IMG/VR virus record: IMGVR_UViG_3300027847_001698
Reading direction: 5' to 3' (one strand)
Length of the DNA: 64,000 bases
Origin: a virus
Lineage: Duplodnaviria; Caudoviricetes
Shown: in pieces, positions 49,844-59,013 of the stretch
How the letters are laid out: the number at the start of each line of letters is the position of its first letter
Position numbering within the stretch: the stretch's first letter is position 1
Notes under the pieces: generated by a model
What the model was told of the DNA's origin: nothing
The model's database searches: none
The model's input: only the letters and a program-made list of their open reading frames with translations
Position numbers and translations under genes: made by a program

Positions 49844-49928
49844 TAAGGAAGTTAAATCCATAATACTTGGAATTTAAGAACAAAAAAATAAATGGAACTA
49901 CAATTGAATCTATATACTGGAGTAGGAA

Positions 49929-50267
49929 ATGTCAGAACGGAAATTGATTTTATATCAAGTAAATTCTAGTAAACCCATTGTCATAACTGATAATGAACAG
50001 GTTAAAACTAAAATTGAAGACATATTAGTCATCATAAGAAATGCCTTAAAATCCCCGACAAATAGTTTATTTGAATTAATAAATCAAAAAGATTATTTAG
50101 GATTTAAGACTCAAGAAATAGCAGGATTCATGTTATCATCTGACAGTATGTTATCTGTTGATCTTCAAATGGATGACACTTCTAAAATCGAAGTTACACC
50201 TATACAAGAAGAATCCGCAAAGCAGGATGACTATCAAACTGAATTGGTAATTGAAGATGTTGACTGA
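49929..50267 (+). CDS. Hypothetical protein
   Basis: ORF track; AGAACAA at 49877. Confidence 0.7.
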   Translation: MSERKLILYQVNSSKPIVITDNEQVKTKIEDILVIIRNALKSPTNSLFELINQKDYLGFKTQEIAGFMLSSDSMLSVDLQMDDTSKIEVTPIQEESAKQDDYQTELVIEDVD

Positions 50268-50697
50268 ACTTCTTATTCTTGTATGTCTCATATTGATATA
50301 CTACCAAGTAGCAACCTTTCTTAGTAGAAAGGATAGACGTGATTTGATTATTAATAATAAATCATATTATGATATTATTGATAAAATATTAGATACTGCA
50401 TATGAAAGTATATATAAGGATCAAATAGTTCCATATTCTACATCTGGAATGACGCCCAATGATGACCAGTTGGAAACAACTAAACGTAACTGTGTAAAAT
50501 TATTTATTCAATTATGTGGACCTTCAATACATGAAGATTTAATAAATTTCTATGGATCAGAAACAAGTATAGTCGAAACTATACTTTTGAAGATGCAAGA
50601 AAAAATGGATAGTGACGAAATTCTGGACTTAGCTAGACGTATGAAAAACAATGAAGACAATCCCGAAACTCCAGCTCTTATAAAGGATACTGAATAA
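50251..50697 (+). CDS. N-terminally membrane-anchored protein
   Basis: LLILVCLILIYYQVATFL. Confidence 0.7.
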   Translation: MKMLTELLILVCLILIYYQVATFLSRKDRRDLIINNKSYYDIIDKILDTAYESIYKDQIVPYSTSGMTPNDDQLETTKRNCVKLFIQLCGPSIHEDLINFYGSETSIVETILLKMQEKMDSDEILDLARRMKNNEDNPETPALIKDTE

Positions 50698-50699
50698 TA

Positions 50700-52790
50700 A
50701 TGGCCGATGCAAGCGTAACAAAACTATACAATATACTAAAGAATAGGATTGTTGGAACTAGGACTTCGGATGTCGATACCCAAATAGATACAGCTTTACA
50801 GTCTATCAAAAAGGTAAGTCAACAACAATCTACTAATTCGTACATGGATGTGTTTAAGGATTTAGTACATAAGGTAGGTGGTCCTGAGACAGATGATTTT
50901 CTAAAAGATATGGATCAATCTACTGGTATTGACACTTATCAGCAAGGTGAAAGAATTTCACGTTATCACGAATATGAAGCAATTGTTTCTAATATATCCT
51001 ATTGTAAAAGAGCGTTAAAGGTTTTAGTTGATAATATTTTATCTCCTGATGATATTACAAAAAGATCTTTACAAATAATAGTCGATGAAGAACTTTCAGA
51101 CACTAATAAAGTAAGTGAAAATGATTCAATTGCAATTTCCAGATTACATGAAATTAGACGTGAAACTAAAATAGAGAAGCATTTAGAGTTTCTTACTTCT
51201 GTAACTATGAAAAAGGGAGACTTCTTTATAGAGCTTACCCATTCCCCTAAAGGTGAAAATGCGTTTTCTGTTGTTACTGAAGGTGTAGACAGCACAGATG
51301 ATGCAGATTCTCTTGTTCAATTTGGGGTTGTAGATGTACCAGAATCAAAAAATGATGGAGATGTACCATTAAATTCTAGTAAAATCATTTTATATGAATA
51401 TTCACCACCTGGAAGTTTGGGGGGAGCATTAGGTGGTCGTCCTCCAATTGTAACAGGAGCTGCGTCAGATGGAGCATTTAGATCAACTTCTAAAAAGGCC
51501 AGTACTACATCTAGATCGAAATCTCCTCAACAGGTGAACACTGAAGAACCAGAAGAAAAATTCAAGAAGAAGAAAAAGTTTACTGCTACACATGATGAAA
51601 CTTTAGGCAACAATAAACTAGCAGAACTTAAAGATATATTTATTGCATTTCATGATCCCAAATATGTAATACGGTTAGAAACTGAAAGATTTAGAATATG
51701 TTTAGGGTATCTTGTTTTCCCTAAAGTTGATATGTCCGGAATGCAAATCGGAACATATTCTGCTCAATCGTCAGATGTTGATACTATCTGTGCTAACATT
51801 GTAAAACAATTACAAGATAGAATGTCATCAGGACGAGATGTACTGTCCTCTAATGGTGATCTCAGAGATGTTGTATCTGGTTACTTGAAAGTCATTAAAG
51901 ATAATGAAGATTTAAAAGTTAGATATGTTCCCCCCCACATGATGTCCCATTGGAGGATGAATGCTGATAAATTTGATCCTTATGGTGAAAGTATATTTGA
52001 CAGTGTTAAGTTTGATTGCAAGCTTCTCATGGCTTTAAAAACTGCTGTAACTATTAAGCGTCTAACTAGTGCAACAGATAAACGTGTTATTTCAGTAGAA
52101 ACAGGTCTTCCTCGAAATGCCAAAAATTTAGTTGAAATGGTCAGAGAAGGATTGAGAAAGAGAAAGATATCTGTTGATAACTTTGGGAGTGTTGATACTA
52201 TTCCATCTCATATTACAACATTTGAAGATATTTATATTCCTATGAGGGATGGAAAGAAATTTGTAGAATTTGAGAATATTCAATTTGGACCAGATCCCCA
52301 ACAGGATATTGAGCCTTTAAAATTTATGAGAGATAATATTGTAGGAAATCTACATGTTCCTGCGCCATTCTTAGGGATAGAGGAAAACACCTCTAATAGA
52401 GCATTATTGACAGTTGAAAATATAATGTTCGCACGAACTATAATTTCTTACCAACGAGAGTTTTCAGAGTTACTTAAAGATCTATTTCAAAAAATCTATA
52501 CATTAGTATATACGGATGTAGAAATGATTGATGGTATCAAAATCACATTTCCCCCACCAAAGGCTAGTCCATATGAACACCAAATGGAATACTTAGAGCA
52601 GGCTCAGAGAATTATTGAATCTTTAGCTACATTAGGTGTATCTAAAACATGGGCCAAAAAGAAGTATTTACCTGATTTCCCATGGGATGAAATTGATAAA
52701 GCAACTGCTTCAGATAGAACCAGAGAAGCAATTAATGTAGAAAAATCTGAAGATGGAGGAATGGGTGGCGGGTTTGGTGGTGGCTATTAA
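50700..52790 (+). CDS. Portal protein (T4 gp20-like)
   Basis: YEAIV..ALKVLVDNIL, HWR..PYGESIF, VTIKRLT, EDIYIP.RDG, LHVPAPFL, FARTI. Confidence 0.88.
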   Translation: MADASVTKLYNILKNRIVGTRTSDVDTQIDTALQSIKKVSQQQSTNSYMDVFKDLVHKVGGPETDDFLKDMDQSTGIDTYQQGERISRYHEYEAIVSNISYCKRALKVLVDNILSPDDITKRSLQIIVDEELSDTNKVSENDSIAISRLHEIRRETKIEKHLEFLTSVTMKKGDFFIELTHSPKGENAFSVVTEGVDSTDDADSLVQFGVVDVPESKNDGDVPLNSSKIILYEYSPPGSLGGALGGRPPIVTGAASDGAFRSTSKKASTTSRSKSPQQVNTEEPEEKFKKKKKFTATHDETLGNNKLAELKDIFIAFHDPKYVIRLETERFRICLGYLVFPKVDMSGMQIGTYSAQSSDVDTICANIVKQLQDRMSSGRDVLSSNGDLRDVVSGYLKVIKDNEDLKVRYVPPHMMSHWRMNADKFDPYGESIFDSVKFDCKLLMALKTAVTIKRLTSATDKRVISVETGLPRNAKNLVEMVREGLRKRKISVDNFGSVDTIPSHITTFEDIYIPMRDGKKFVEFENIQFGPDPQQDIEPLKFMRDNIVGNLHVPAPFLGIEENTSNRALLTVENIMFARTIISYQREFSELLKDLFQKIYTLVYTDVEMIDGIKITFPPPKASPYEHQMEYLEQAQRIIESLATLGVSKTWAKKKYLPDFPWDEIDKATASDRTREAINVEKSEDGGMGGGFGGGY

Positions 52791-52797
52791 TCTTTAG

Positions 52798-52822
52798 AAA
52801 AAAAGACCCAAGGTCTCTTTTT
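52798..52822. terminator. Bidirectional terminator of the AAAAAGACCC(G)AAGGTCTCTT family
   Basis: AAAAAAAGACCCAAGGTCTCTTTTT between convergent genes. Confidence 0.75.
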
Positions 52823-53069
52823 AATTTAACGAGTGGATGTTCAACTGGTTTAGAATCTTGTTATGGATTAGCCAATCAATTTGGCTGTTTGATAACCAGT
52901 ATAGAATCCCCTGGTCAACGGTCGTTATTCGATTTGGTATTTCTGTGATAATTATTGACCCGGCTGAATTGAACGTTAGGAATGAAACTCCATTTGATTT
53001 GCAAATGAATCCCAAATTAGTAACCTCCACAAACTCATCGATACTTTCACCAATGATTTCAACCTTCAT
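52821..53069 (-). CDS. Small accessory protein (82 aa) inserted in the head module
   Basis: AGGAG RBS; GC-richer; promoter-like motif at 53115. Confidence 0.7.
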   Translation of the reverse strand: MKVEIIGESIDEFVEVTNLGFICKSNGVSFLTFNSAGSIIITEIPNRITTVDQGILYWLSNSQIDWLIHNKILNQLNIHSLN

Positions 53070-53114
53070 GGCAACTCCTGTTTTGGAAATTGAGGTTCAA
53101 TTGCTATTTCTTAT

Positions 53115-53134
53115 AAATTAATATATATAGACAA
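53115..53134 (-). promoter_or_regulatory. Accessory-gene promoter-like motif
   Basis: AAATTAATATATATAGACAA, identical to 62715..62734. Confidence 0.6.
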
Positions 53135-53182
53135 ATATTCTATATTAATAACTTGTTAAAGAACAAAATTTAAAGACAATAA

Positions 53183-53728
53183 ATGAAAAATTTCTTAACG
53201 CGATCTAATGAACTAAAAGAACATTACTATCTAGACTCTTTGCATGAGGCAGATGATGAAGCAGGAGAAGAAGTCGAAGAAGCTCCTCCTGAAGAAGAAG
53301 AAGTCCCGGAAGGAGAGCAAATGCAACCTGAGGTAGGGGCAGAAGGAGAAGCTATTCCTGGAGAAGAAGGAACGATGGATCCAGGAATGGGCGGAGATCC
53401 TGCTATGGGTGGTGGCGGTTTTGGTGAAATGTCAGGGGAAGAAATTAAAACGCCATCTGAATTGGGTAGAATCTATGAACTTAACAAGATATATGATCGT
53501 TTATATTTGATAAATAAGTTTCTAGAGAATAATCCAGATCATAAATTAATAAAACTTAGAAAGATGGTGGGTGAATCATTCTCAATATTCAGACTAGTAT
53601 TAAATAATTTACCTAGTTTTAAAGATAAAATTGATGAAGTAATTTTGGTATACTATCAATTTATATCAAGTGTAGTATTAATGTTAGAAAAATACATGAA
53701 AAAGAAATCAAGTAAACAAAAAGAATAG
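53183..53728 (+). CDS. Hypothetical head-module protein with acidic/Gly-rich N-terminus
   Basis: ORF track; between portal and protease. Confidence 0.7.
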   Translation: MKNFLTRSNELKEHYYLDSLHEADDEAGEEVEEAPPEEEEVPEGEQMQPEVGAEGEAIPGEEGTMDPGMGGDPAMGGGGFGEMSGEEIKTPSELGRIYELNKIYDRLYLINKFLENNPDHKLIKLRKMVGESFSIFRLVLNNLPSFKDKIDEVILVYYQFISSVVLMLEKYMKKKSSKQKE

Positions 53729-53749
53729 GAAAAACACAGGCATATCATT

Positions 53750-54406
53750 ATGGTTAGATCAATACAAGAAAGTGCTGTTTTTTCTCAACCTGAAAAAATT
53801 AAAAAATATACTGACGGCAAAGTCGTATTTGAAACATATCTTCAAGAAGCTGAAGAGCAAAATCAGAATAAGAGAGTTTATCCTAAAAATGTATTAGATG
53901 AAGGATTAAATCGAATATCTGAAAAAGTAGCAAGTAGAAGCTTCTTAGGGGAATTGGATCATCCAATTTCTAAAGATCAAGTTCGCCAAACTACAGTATT
54001 ATATTCTCAAGTAAGTCATATTATTAGAGAAGCTGGTTGGGAAGGGAACTTATTGAAGGGCGTGTTAGAAACAACTCCTTATACGTCTAATGGAAAAGCT
54101 CTATCTGGCTTAATATTGGATAAAGTTAATGTTGGTTTCTCTCTCAGAGGATTAGCTGATGTTCAAGACAATGGAAAGAATCAAATGGTGATGTCGCCAT
54201 TGATTATGATTGCATATGATGCAGTTAGTGAACCATCCAATGTAAAGGCTACAATCCAAGAAGTTCGTAACGAACAATTAATTCAAGTTGTAAATGAGTC
54301 TAAAAACATGATTTGTACAAGTGATGGAAAATGTTTTCTTCCAGATTACTTTGATATGCTGATTGAAAAGAATATAATTAACTTAAGAAGGAAATACTGG
54401 CAATAA
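53750..54406 (+). CDS. Prohead core protease (T4 gp21-like)
   Basis: NQNKRVYP, FLGELDHP, VSHII, VGFSLRG, DAVSEPS. Confidence 0.92.
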   Translation: MVRSIQESAVFSQPEKIKKYTDGKVVFETYLQEAEEQNQNKRVYPKNVLDEGLNRISEKVASRSFLGELDHPISKDQVRQTTVLYSQVSHIIREAGWEGNLLKGVLETTPYTSNGKALSGLILDKVNVGFSLRGLADVQDNGKNQMVMSPLIMIAYDAVSEPSNVKATIQEVRNEQLIQVVNESKNMICTSDGKCFLPDYFDMLIEKNIINLRRKYWQ

Positions 54407-54416
54407 AGTTTAGCTA

Positions 54417-55196
54417 ATGAATAATAATTTTATAATATGTAATTTTATATTAAATGAATCTTCATCTATTAAAGATTTTTTTAAAAATCTTGGTAGCGGA
54501 ATAGCAATCTCTGCAAAAACTCAAGCATTTTTAGCTTATAATATTCCGAAAATTATCCTAAAAAATCTAAAATCCACAGAGAAATCTCCAAAGAAAACTT
54601 TAAATGAAATTAGTAAGTTATTAGATAAAGCTGCAAAAGATATCAAAAATAAAACTGATACCAAAACAAAGAATATTGTAGATATTGTAACAACTATAAC
54701 ACTTCTGGGATTTATTTCTGGTATTTTTTTCGCTATAAATGCGGCATATGTTAGAATGGCAATGAATAAATGGACGGAAAAAGCACTTCGAGATGATACT
54801 CTTGAAGATACTCCAGGTAGAGATACAATATTATATATAAATAAAATTTTAGTTTATTCTATGAATGTATTAATTGCCCCTGCATTAGAAGAATTATCTA
54901 GGAATATATATGCTCGCCAAGGAAAAAGTTTTTTATATGGCCATATATTGAATATATTAGAATTGTGGCAAGCATTTGGCACAAATAGAAGATTAATAGG
55001 AGGGAGTAGCATGAGTGTTATAAAAGGAAGAATTGCTCCTACTGCGGGCCATTATGTTTTCAGTGCTGTTCAAGATAAATTAACTAAGCAGGGTCATCCT
55101 AATCTTGGCTTTTTATGCGCTTTCATTTTACATGCATCTGGTAACTTTGTACAAGTCACTCGAGCTTTTAAGGATGGGGGAATAGTTGTAGCCTAA
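54417..55196 (+). CDS. PrsW/CPBP-like intramembrane glutamic/metalloprotease
   Basis: APALEELSR, ILELW, GHYVF, AFILHASGN (EExxR ... H ... HxxxN) with TM helices. Confidence 0.6.
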   Translation: MNNNFIICNFILNESSSIKDFFKNLGSGIAISAKTQAFLAYNIPKIILKNLKSTEKSPKKTLNEISKLLDKAAKDIKNKTDTKTKNIVDIVTTITLLGFISGIFFAINAAYVRMAMNKWTEKALRDDTLEDTPGRDTILYINKILVYSMNVLIAPALEELSRNIYARQGKSFLYGHILNILELWQAFGTNRRLIGGSSMSVIKGRIAPTAGHYVFSAVQDKLTKQGHPNLGFLCAFILHASGNFVQVTRAFKDGGIVVA

Positions 55197-55277
55197 AACT
55201 ATTTATTATCTAACAAACTAGAACAAAACATTAATAAAGATTAAATTATAAATTACTTTATGGAGAAGTAACAAAAA

Positions 55278-56156
55278 ATGTTAACTAAAAAAGATCGCAA
55301 AGATTTAAGATGGGCAATGAAGGTTGCACTTCTTGAACAATCAAAGAAAATAGAAGACGCCGAAGCAAAACAGATAGTTGTTGAATTTGTAAAACATGAA
55401 GCCACTTATGAACAGCTTCTAAATCTCACATTCAACCCATTTGATAGCGAACAGGTATACGCCGAGAGTAGAGTATTAGAGAACGTTGCTATGGTTGGCA
55501 TATACAATCTAAACTACGGCAAGAAGGCTTTAATGGAAGCCTACAATGCTACTGGTATTGATGGTATTACTGATGGTAACTTATCTGTATATCTAGAAGG
55601 TCTAGGTTTATCAAGGAAAGAACGGACTATAACCAAAGCAGCACATAAGGTAATGAAGTATGATCGTGTTGCTAAAAATTGGATGCAGTCTGTTAGAGAA
55701 GAATATGTGACAGCGTTTGACAAGAAGAAAGCTGGAGCAAGTCAAGGTCGTTTAAGAAAATTAGCTACTGCTGCAAAAAAGAACGCTGGAGACTTTACAA
55801 CTAGATCTAAAGCCGCATTTAACAAGGCTCGGAAATCAACTGGAGAGCAGGCAGCAAAACTCAAAGTACGAGCATCGACGTATGCAACCAAATCGAAAGA
55901 ATGGACCAAGAGAGCAGCAAAGTATACGAAGGATGCATCAATAGTTGGTGCAAAGAAAATTACTCCAAAAACCAAAAAGGGCAAAGTGGGTGCAGGTATA
56001 GGACTAGCAGCAACGGCTGCTGCTGGGTTATATGCATATAAAAAGAGAAAGAATAAAGGAGAAACTAAAACCGAATCAGCTTCCATAGTGGCAGAATGTT
56101 TTAGAAGAAATGGTTTAAACGCTTCATATTGGGAAAACGTTGTAACTTATTCCTAA
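55278..56156 (+). CDS. Probable head-internal/core protein with Lys/Ala-rich C-terminal half and Gly-zipper
   Basis: LLEQ, LMEA and YLEG sites; basic tail; GAGIGLAATAAAG. Confidence 0.55.
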   Translation: MLTKKDRKDLRWAMKVALLEQSKKIEDAEAKQIVVEFVKHEATYEQLLNLTFNPFDSEQVYAESRVLENVAMVGIYNLNYGKKALMEAYNATGIDGITDGNLSVYLEGLGLSRKERTITKAAHKVMKYDRVAKNWMQSVREEYVTAFDKKKAGASQGRLRKLATAAKKNAGDFTTRSKAAFNKARKSTGEQAAKLKVRASTYATKSKEWTKRAAKYTKDASIVGAKKITPKTKKGKVGAGIGLAATAAAGLYAYKKRKNKGETKTESASIVAECFRRNGLNASYWENVVTYS

Positions 56157-56193
56157 AAAAATAAGTTCTATTTTTTTACTTCTCCAGTAACTT

Positions 56194-56236
56194 ACCCGGA
56201 GGCTTGCATTAAAGTTGTGAGTCTTCGGGTTTTTTT
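56194..56236 (+). terminator. Intrinsic terminator
   Basis: ACCCGGAGGCTT / GAGTCTTCGGGT (G-U pairs on +) followed by a T-run. Confidence 0.75.
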
Positions 56237-56275
56237 GCGTAATAAAACAATTTAACAATAATCGAGATTAGATAA

Positions 56276-56665
56276 ATGTCAGACGCGACAACATTACTTG
56301 AAGGAATATTAGAAGAAAAACTCTTTACAAAATCTAAAATGGACTTCTATTGGGAAGAACTTCCCGCTATAATGGAAGCACTCAAGAAAGCACAGAAGTT
56401 TGTAAACAAATATAAAGAAGCAGCTAAAAAACTAGATAAAGACGACGATAATATTGATGATGTAGTTATTGAAGTTCAGATTGTATCTAATTCTTTACTT
56501 AGAAATATATTAGATACAAGAAAAGAAAAAAAGCAAGGAAAATCTAAAAGTTTCGCTTTTTCTGGAGAAGTTAATGTTATGGATGCTAATAGAGTAGTTC
56601 CTGGGTTACTAAACCCTGATTACAGAATTGCAACAATTCCATATAAAGGTCATACTCCCAGCTAA
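56276..56665 (+). CDS. Hypothetical head-module protein
   Basis: ORF track; LLEGILEE. Confidence 0.7.
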   Translation: MSDATTLLEGILEEKLFTKSKMDFYWEELPAIMEALKKAQKFVNKYKEAAKKLDKDDDNIDDVVIEVQIVSNSLLRNILDTRKEKKQGKSKSFAFSGEVNVMDANRVVPGLLNPDYRIATIPYKGHTPS

Positions 56666-56738
56666 ACCCTATTTCAAAATATCTCTAAGATTTATATAAA
56701 GCACATTACATATCCGCATCTAAAACAAAGGTTTACAT

Positions 56739-57035
56739 ATGCAAATGAAATTAGATTCATTAAGTTATAAATTTGGAGAACAAATAAATAATCCCTTATT
56801 TATAGATACTATAAAAGATATACTATCCCAAGATCAATATGGACTTTTGAACTTAAGGGTCAAAAGAACATTGAATAAAAAATCTAAGAGATATCAATTA
56901 CAGATCGATAAGATGATTGAAGTCAATCAAGCCGCAAAAACTAAAACTGATGAATTAAAAAAGAAGCTATTAGCTTTAAAAGCTAGTAACGAAACCGAAC
57001 TCGAAAAATTAAAAGATATTATATATGCAGGCTAA
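56739..57035 (+). CDS. Hypothetical coiled-coil protein
   Basis: ORF track. Confidence 0.65.
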   Translation: MQMKLDSLSYKFGEQINNPLFIDTIKDILSQDQYGLLNLRVKRTLNKKSKRYQLQIDKMIEVNQAAKTKTDELKKKLLALKASNETELEKLKDIIYAG

Positions 57036-57444
57036 CATTATAAATTTAGGTACAATACCTTCTACGGATTCCTCTGCAAAGAAAATCCTACTAGCGGAAG
57101 ATATTATATCACAGTTGCTGCCACTCTTTCATGAAGAGATAGAAGAAAAAAAGAGCCAGCTAGAAAGAAACAGAAGTGATTACTTAACACTTAAAGATAA
57201 GATCGACAGGAATAGAATTCTTCTTAGACGTGTGAGCGTTGATACGAAGAGACAAATTCTAATAAAGCAAATATTAAATCAGATCAACACATTAGTTGAA
57301 TTTGAAGTAATATTTGGTGGAAATAGAAATTCGATTATTCAAATTCTTCAAGATTTAGATTCAATGAGTATAAAGCAATTATCTTCTAGCATAAAAACAC
57401 TTCAAAAAATAAAAAAAAGAAGTATTCAAAAGGTTCTAAAATAA
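57025..57444 (+). CDS. Hypothetical coiled-coil protein
   Basis: ORF track; directly upstream of MCP. Confidence 0.65.
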   Translation: MQANIINLGTIPSTDSSAKKILLAEDIISQLLPLFHEEIEEKKSQLERNRSDYLTLKDKIDRNRILLRRVSVDTKRQILIKQILNQINTLVEFEVIFGGNRNSIIQILQDLDSMSIKQLSSSIKTLQKIKKRSIQKVLK

Positions 57445-57448
57445 AAAG

Positions 57449-58894
57449 ATGAAAGATTTACTCCTTGAGTCATATAAAACAACCAAGAAGTTTACTGGTC
57501 TAGATCCTTCAAAACCTGGATGGATTCGTCAAATTGTAAACAATGACGAACATTTCGATATTTATACAAGATCGTTATGTGAGGGTTTGAAAGAAGAAGA
57601 TCATAAGGGCTTTAAGCTCTTGGCTGAAAATACAAGAAAGACGCTGTTAGAGAATTCTCTATACCAGCTCAATCCATATGAAACATTAGCACTTCCTCTG
57701 TTAAGAGTTTTCTATCCGAAAACTATTGCAAAGGAATTAGTAACTGTTATTCCTATGGACAAGCCAGAAATCGTTAGAGGGTTCGTAAGAGCTACATTTA
57801 ATAGATTTGGTGATTCCAATAATTATAATGCACCGTCGAATACTGATATCTCAGCAGGGCCATCTATTGGTACCCCTGTTGTAGCTACAGCGGCAACTAA
57901 TGCAACTACCGATATTTTGGCAGTAGCAGGATTGACCGCAGACGTTGCACATATCGAGAAGACCTTCAAAATTACGAAGGTAACCGATACTGGTCTAGGT
58001 GATAGCTTAGAAGTTGACATTGAGCCTACAGTTGATGGTGAATTTTCAGCATCAGTATCACTTCCTGCCGGAGATGATGTGATCACGGGTCGTATTGATT
58101 TTAATACGGGTACTCTTGATCTTGCATCAGTCAATAGCATTGTAGATACTATTGACTTCACAGCAACAGTATCATTAGAAGAAAACACAATCAATCCTAG
58201 AGTAACATTTAATATTGATAAGCTGAGACTATTCGCAAAGGATCGTCAGATCTCGACCGAATGGACAATCCAGTACGAGCAAGACATTAAAGCGTTGTTT
58301 AATGTCAGCACTCAAGCAGAACTTGTTTCTGTTATTGGACAGCAAATTGTATTGGATATCGACAGAGAGATTGTCAATTCCCTAATTACAGCAGCAGAGA
58401 AGCTTGCCGGTGCAAGTCACTCAGCTACATTTGCTAAAACACCACCTCCAACGTACACCTGGGGTCCGAAGCAGTGGCTAGAAAATGTCACACCTAAGCT
58501 GAACGATCTTAGTGCTGTAATTTATAACGATACAAACATAGCTGCTGGTAATGTTATTGCTTGCAATCCATTAGACGCTGCTATTTTTGAGTCCTTACAG
58601 GATTATCGTTATACTGGAGGTTCTTCAGAAGATGGTGACTTAGGTTACGAGACTGCCACGGTAAATCACGGAAAATGGAAGGTTCTAGTTTCCAATGTTG
58701 TGCCACAAGGTAAATCAGTAATTGTTTACAAGCCAACAGAAGAAATTAGAGCGACATATATCTTTAGTCCATATGTTCCTGCCGTACTTACACCGTACCC
58801 ACTTGGAAATACTCCGAGTTTAACGGTGTTAAGTCGCTATGGTACACAGTTGATTAGACCTAAGGGTATTGCTGTATTGAATATAGATCCTTGA
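57449..58894 (+). CDS. Major capsid protein (T4 gp23-like, HK97 fold)
   Basis: LPLLRVFYP..IAKELVTVIPM, KDRQISTEWTIQYEQDIKA, EL..VIGQQIVLDIDREI, FSPYVP, SRYG. Confidence 0.92.
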   Translation: MKDLLLESYKTTKKFTGLDPSKPGWIRQIVNNDEHFDIYTRSLCEGLKEEDHKGFKLLAENTRKTLLENSLYQLNPYETLALPLLRVFYPKTIAKELVTVIPMDKPEIVRGFVRATFNRFGDSNNYNAPSNTDISAGPSIGTPVVATAATNATTDILAVAGLTADVAHIEKTFKITKVTDTGLGDSLEVDIEPTVDGEFSASVSLPAGDDVITGRIDFNTGTLDLASVNSIVDTIDFTATVSLEENTINPRVTFNIDKLRLFAKDRQISTEWTIQYEQDIKALFNVSTQAELVSVIGQQIVLDIDREIVNSLITAAEKLAGASHSATFAKTPPPTYTWGPKQWLENVTPKLNDLSAVIYNDTNIAAGNVIACNPLDAAIFESLQDYRYTGGSSEDGDLGYETATVNHGKWKVLVSNVVPQGKSVIVYKPTEEIRATYIFSPYVPAVLTPYPLGNTPSLTVLSRYGTQLIRPKGIAVLNIDP

Positions 58895-58918
58895 TGTTTT
58901 AAGTTTCTAGAAAATTTT

Positions 58919-58950
58919 CCCATGTTGTCGAAAGACAGCATGGGGATTTT
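58919..58950 (+). terminator. GAAA-tetraloop hairpin after MCP
   Basis: CCCATGTTGTC-GAAA-GACAGCATGGG then GATTTTT. Confidence 0.65.
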
Positions 58951-59013
58951 TCCGGGAATAAGAAATGAGAGGGGGTTATATATTTGTAGAACATATAAAA
59001 TAAAGGAGTTATT

